Shown: piece after piece, positions 63,901 to 64,000 of the stretch
Numbering within the stretch: position 1 is the stretch's first letter
Layout: every line of letters begins with the position of its first letter
NCBI GenBank assembly: GCA_000708835.1
Contig: DF237055.1
Coordinates: 62,001 to 126,000, forward strand
Direction of reading: 5' to 3'
From: Klebsormidium nitens
Lineage: Eukaryota > Plantae > Klebsormidiophyceae
DNA: 64,000 nt
Notes under the pieces: generated by a model
Told to the model about the DNA's origin: nothing
Databases searched by the model: none
The model's input: only the letters and a program-made list of their open reading frames with translations
Position numbers and translations under genes: made by a program

Positions 63901-64000
63901 GGTTTGACGACATGCCGGTTGGTGAGAATAAGCCCAAGCTTCTTGTCCACTATAAACCCCGTCGCGTAGCTAGAGGAGGCTGATTCTGTGTCAAACGCAC
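51988..64000 (-). CDS. DEG7: Protease Do-like 7 / Nma111-like tandem protease-PDZ protein (5' end outside window)
   Basis: [25 protein letters not shown] (His), DPVHDFGF (Asp), [11 protein letters not shown] (Ser); later exons [32 protein letters not shown], ending [15 protein letters not shown]...IKAHA* (TGA 51990-51988). Confidence 0.95.
54838..55085 (-). repeat. Triplicated DEG7 exon end plus 5' splice site
   Basis: CAGTGGGTCAA.AAACTGCTGGAGAAAGAC.CCCTCCGGAGACAG|GTYAGT occurs three times, with exon-side G at 55037 (real), 54961 and 54847. Confidence 0.9.
57030..57640 (-). repeat. Tandem array of four ~171-185-bp units, each a copy of a DEG7 3' splice site and exon start
   Basis: ggcccgtgccg at 56874 (real exon), 57045, 57219, 57404 and 57589; each unit encodes [10 protein letters not shown]-like sequence after a ...cag acceptor. 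Confidence 0.9.

Overview
Eukaryotic, intron-rich nuclear DNA from a green plant-lineage organism. The gene set (plastid MinC-like, CYP28, TPK, DEG7) and the splice style suggest a streptophyte alga such as Klebsormidium; this is inference. Left to right: a small hypothetical gene; NAGLU (GH89, minus) head-to-head with a plastid MinC-like gene fused to a 4-TM domain; a decayed non-LTR retroelement end; an intron-containing histone H4 (M84F) with a 3' histone stem-loop; a peroxisomal quinone oxidoreductase head-to-head with CYP28; a frameshifted AOC/dirigent-fold gene; CCT5 head-to-head with a TPK K+ channel; a ~7.5 kb gene-poor gap; and a DEG7/Nma111 protease running off the right edge. The standout lies in the gap: a 337-nt minus-strand RNA gene (46291-46627) with USE/TATA-like promoter elements, A/B boxes and a T5 terminator. 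It folds into an alanine-identity tRNA-like domain (G3-U70, A73, D and T arms) with no anticodon. A long helix replaces the anticodon arm and leads to a predicted single-stranded loop of ACUAAC repeats that place UAA in all three frames, a tmRNA-like architecture in a nuclear Pol III setting. A second, window-wide pattern is that six multi-exon genes carry degenerate copies of their own exon-intron junctions in adjacent introns. All folds and exon models were derived by hand.
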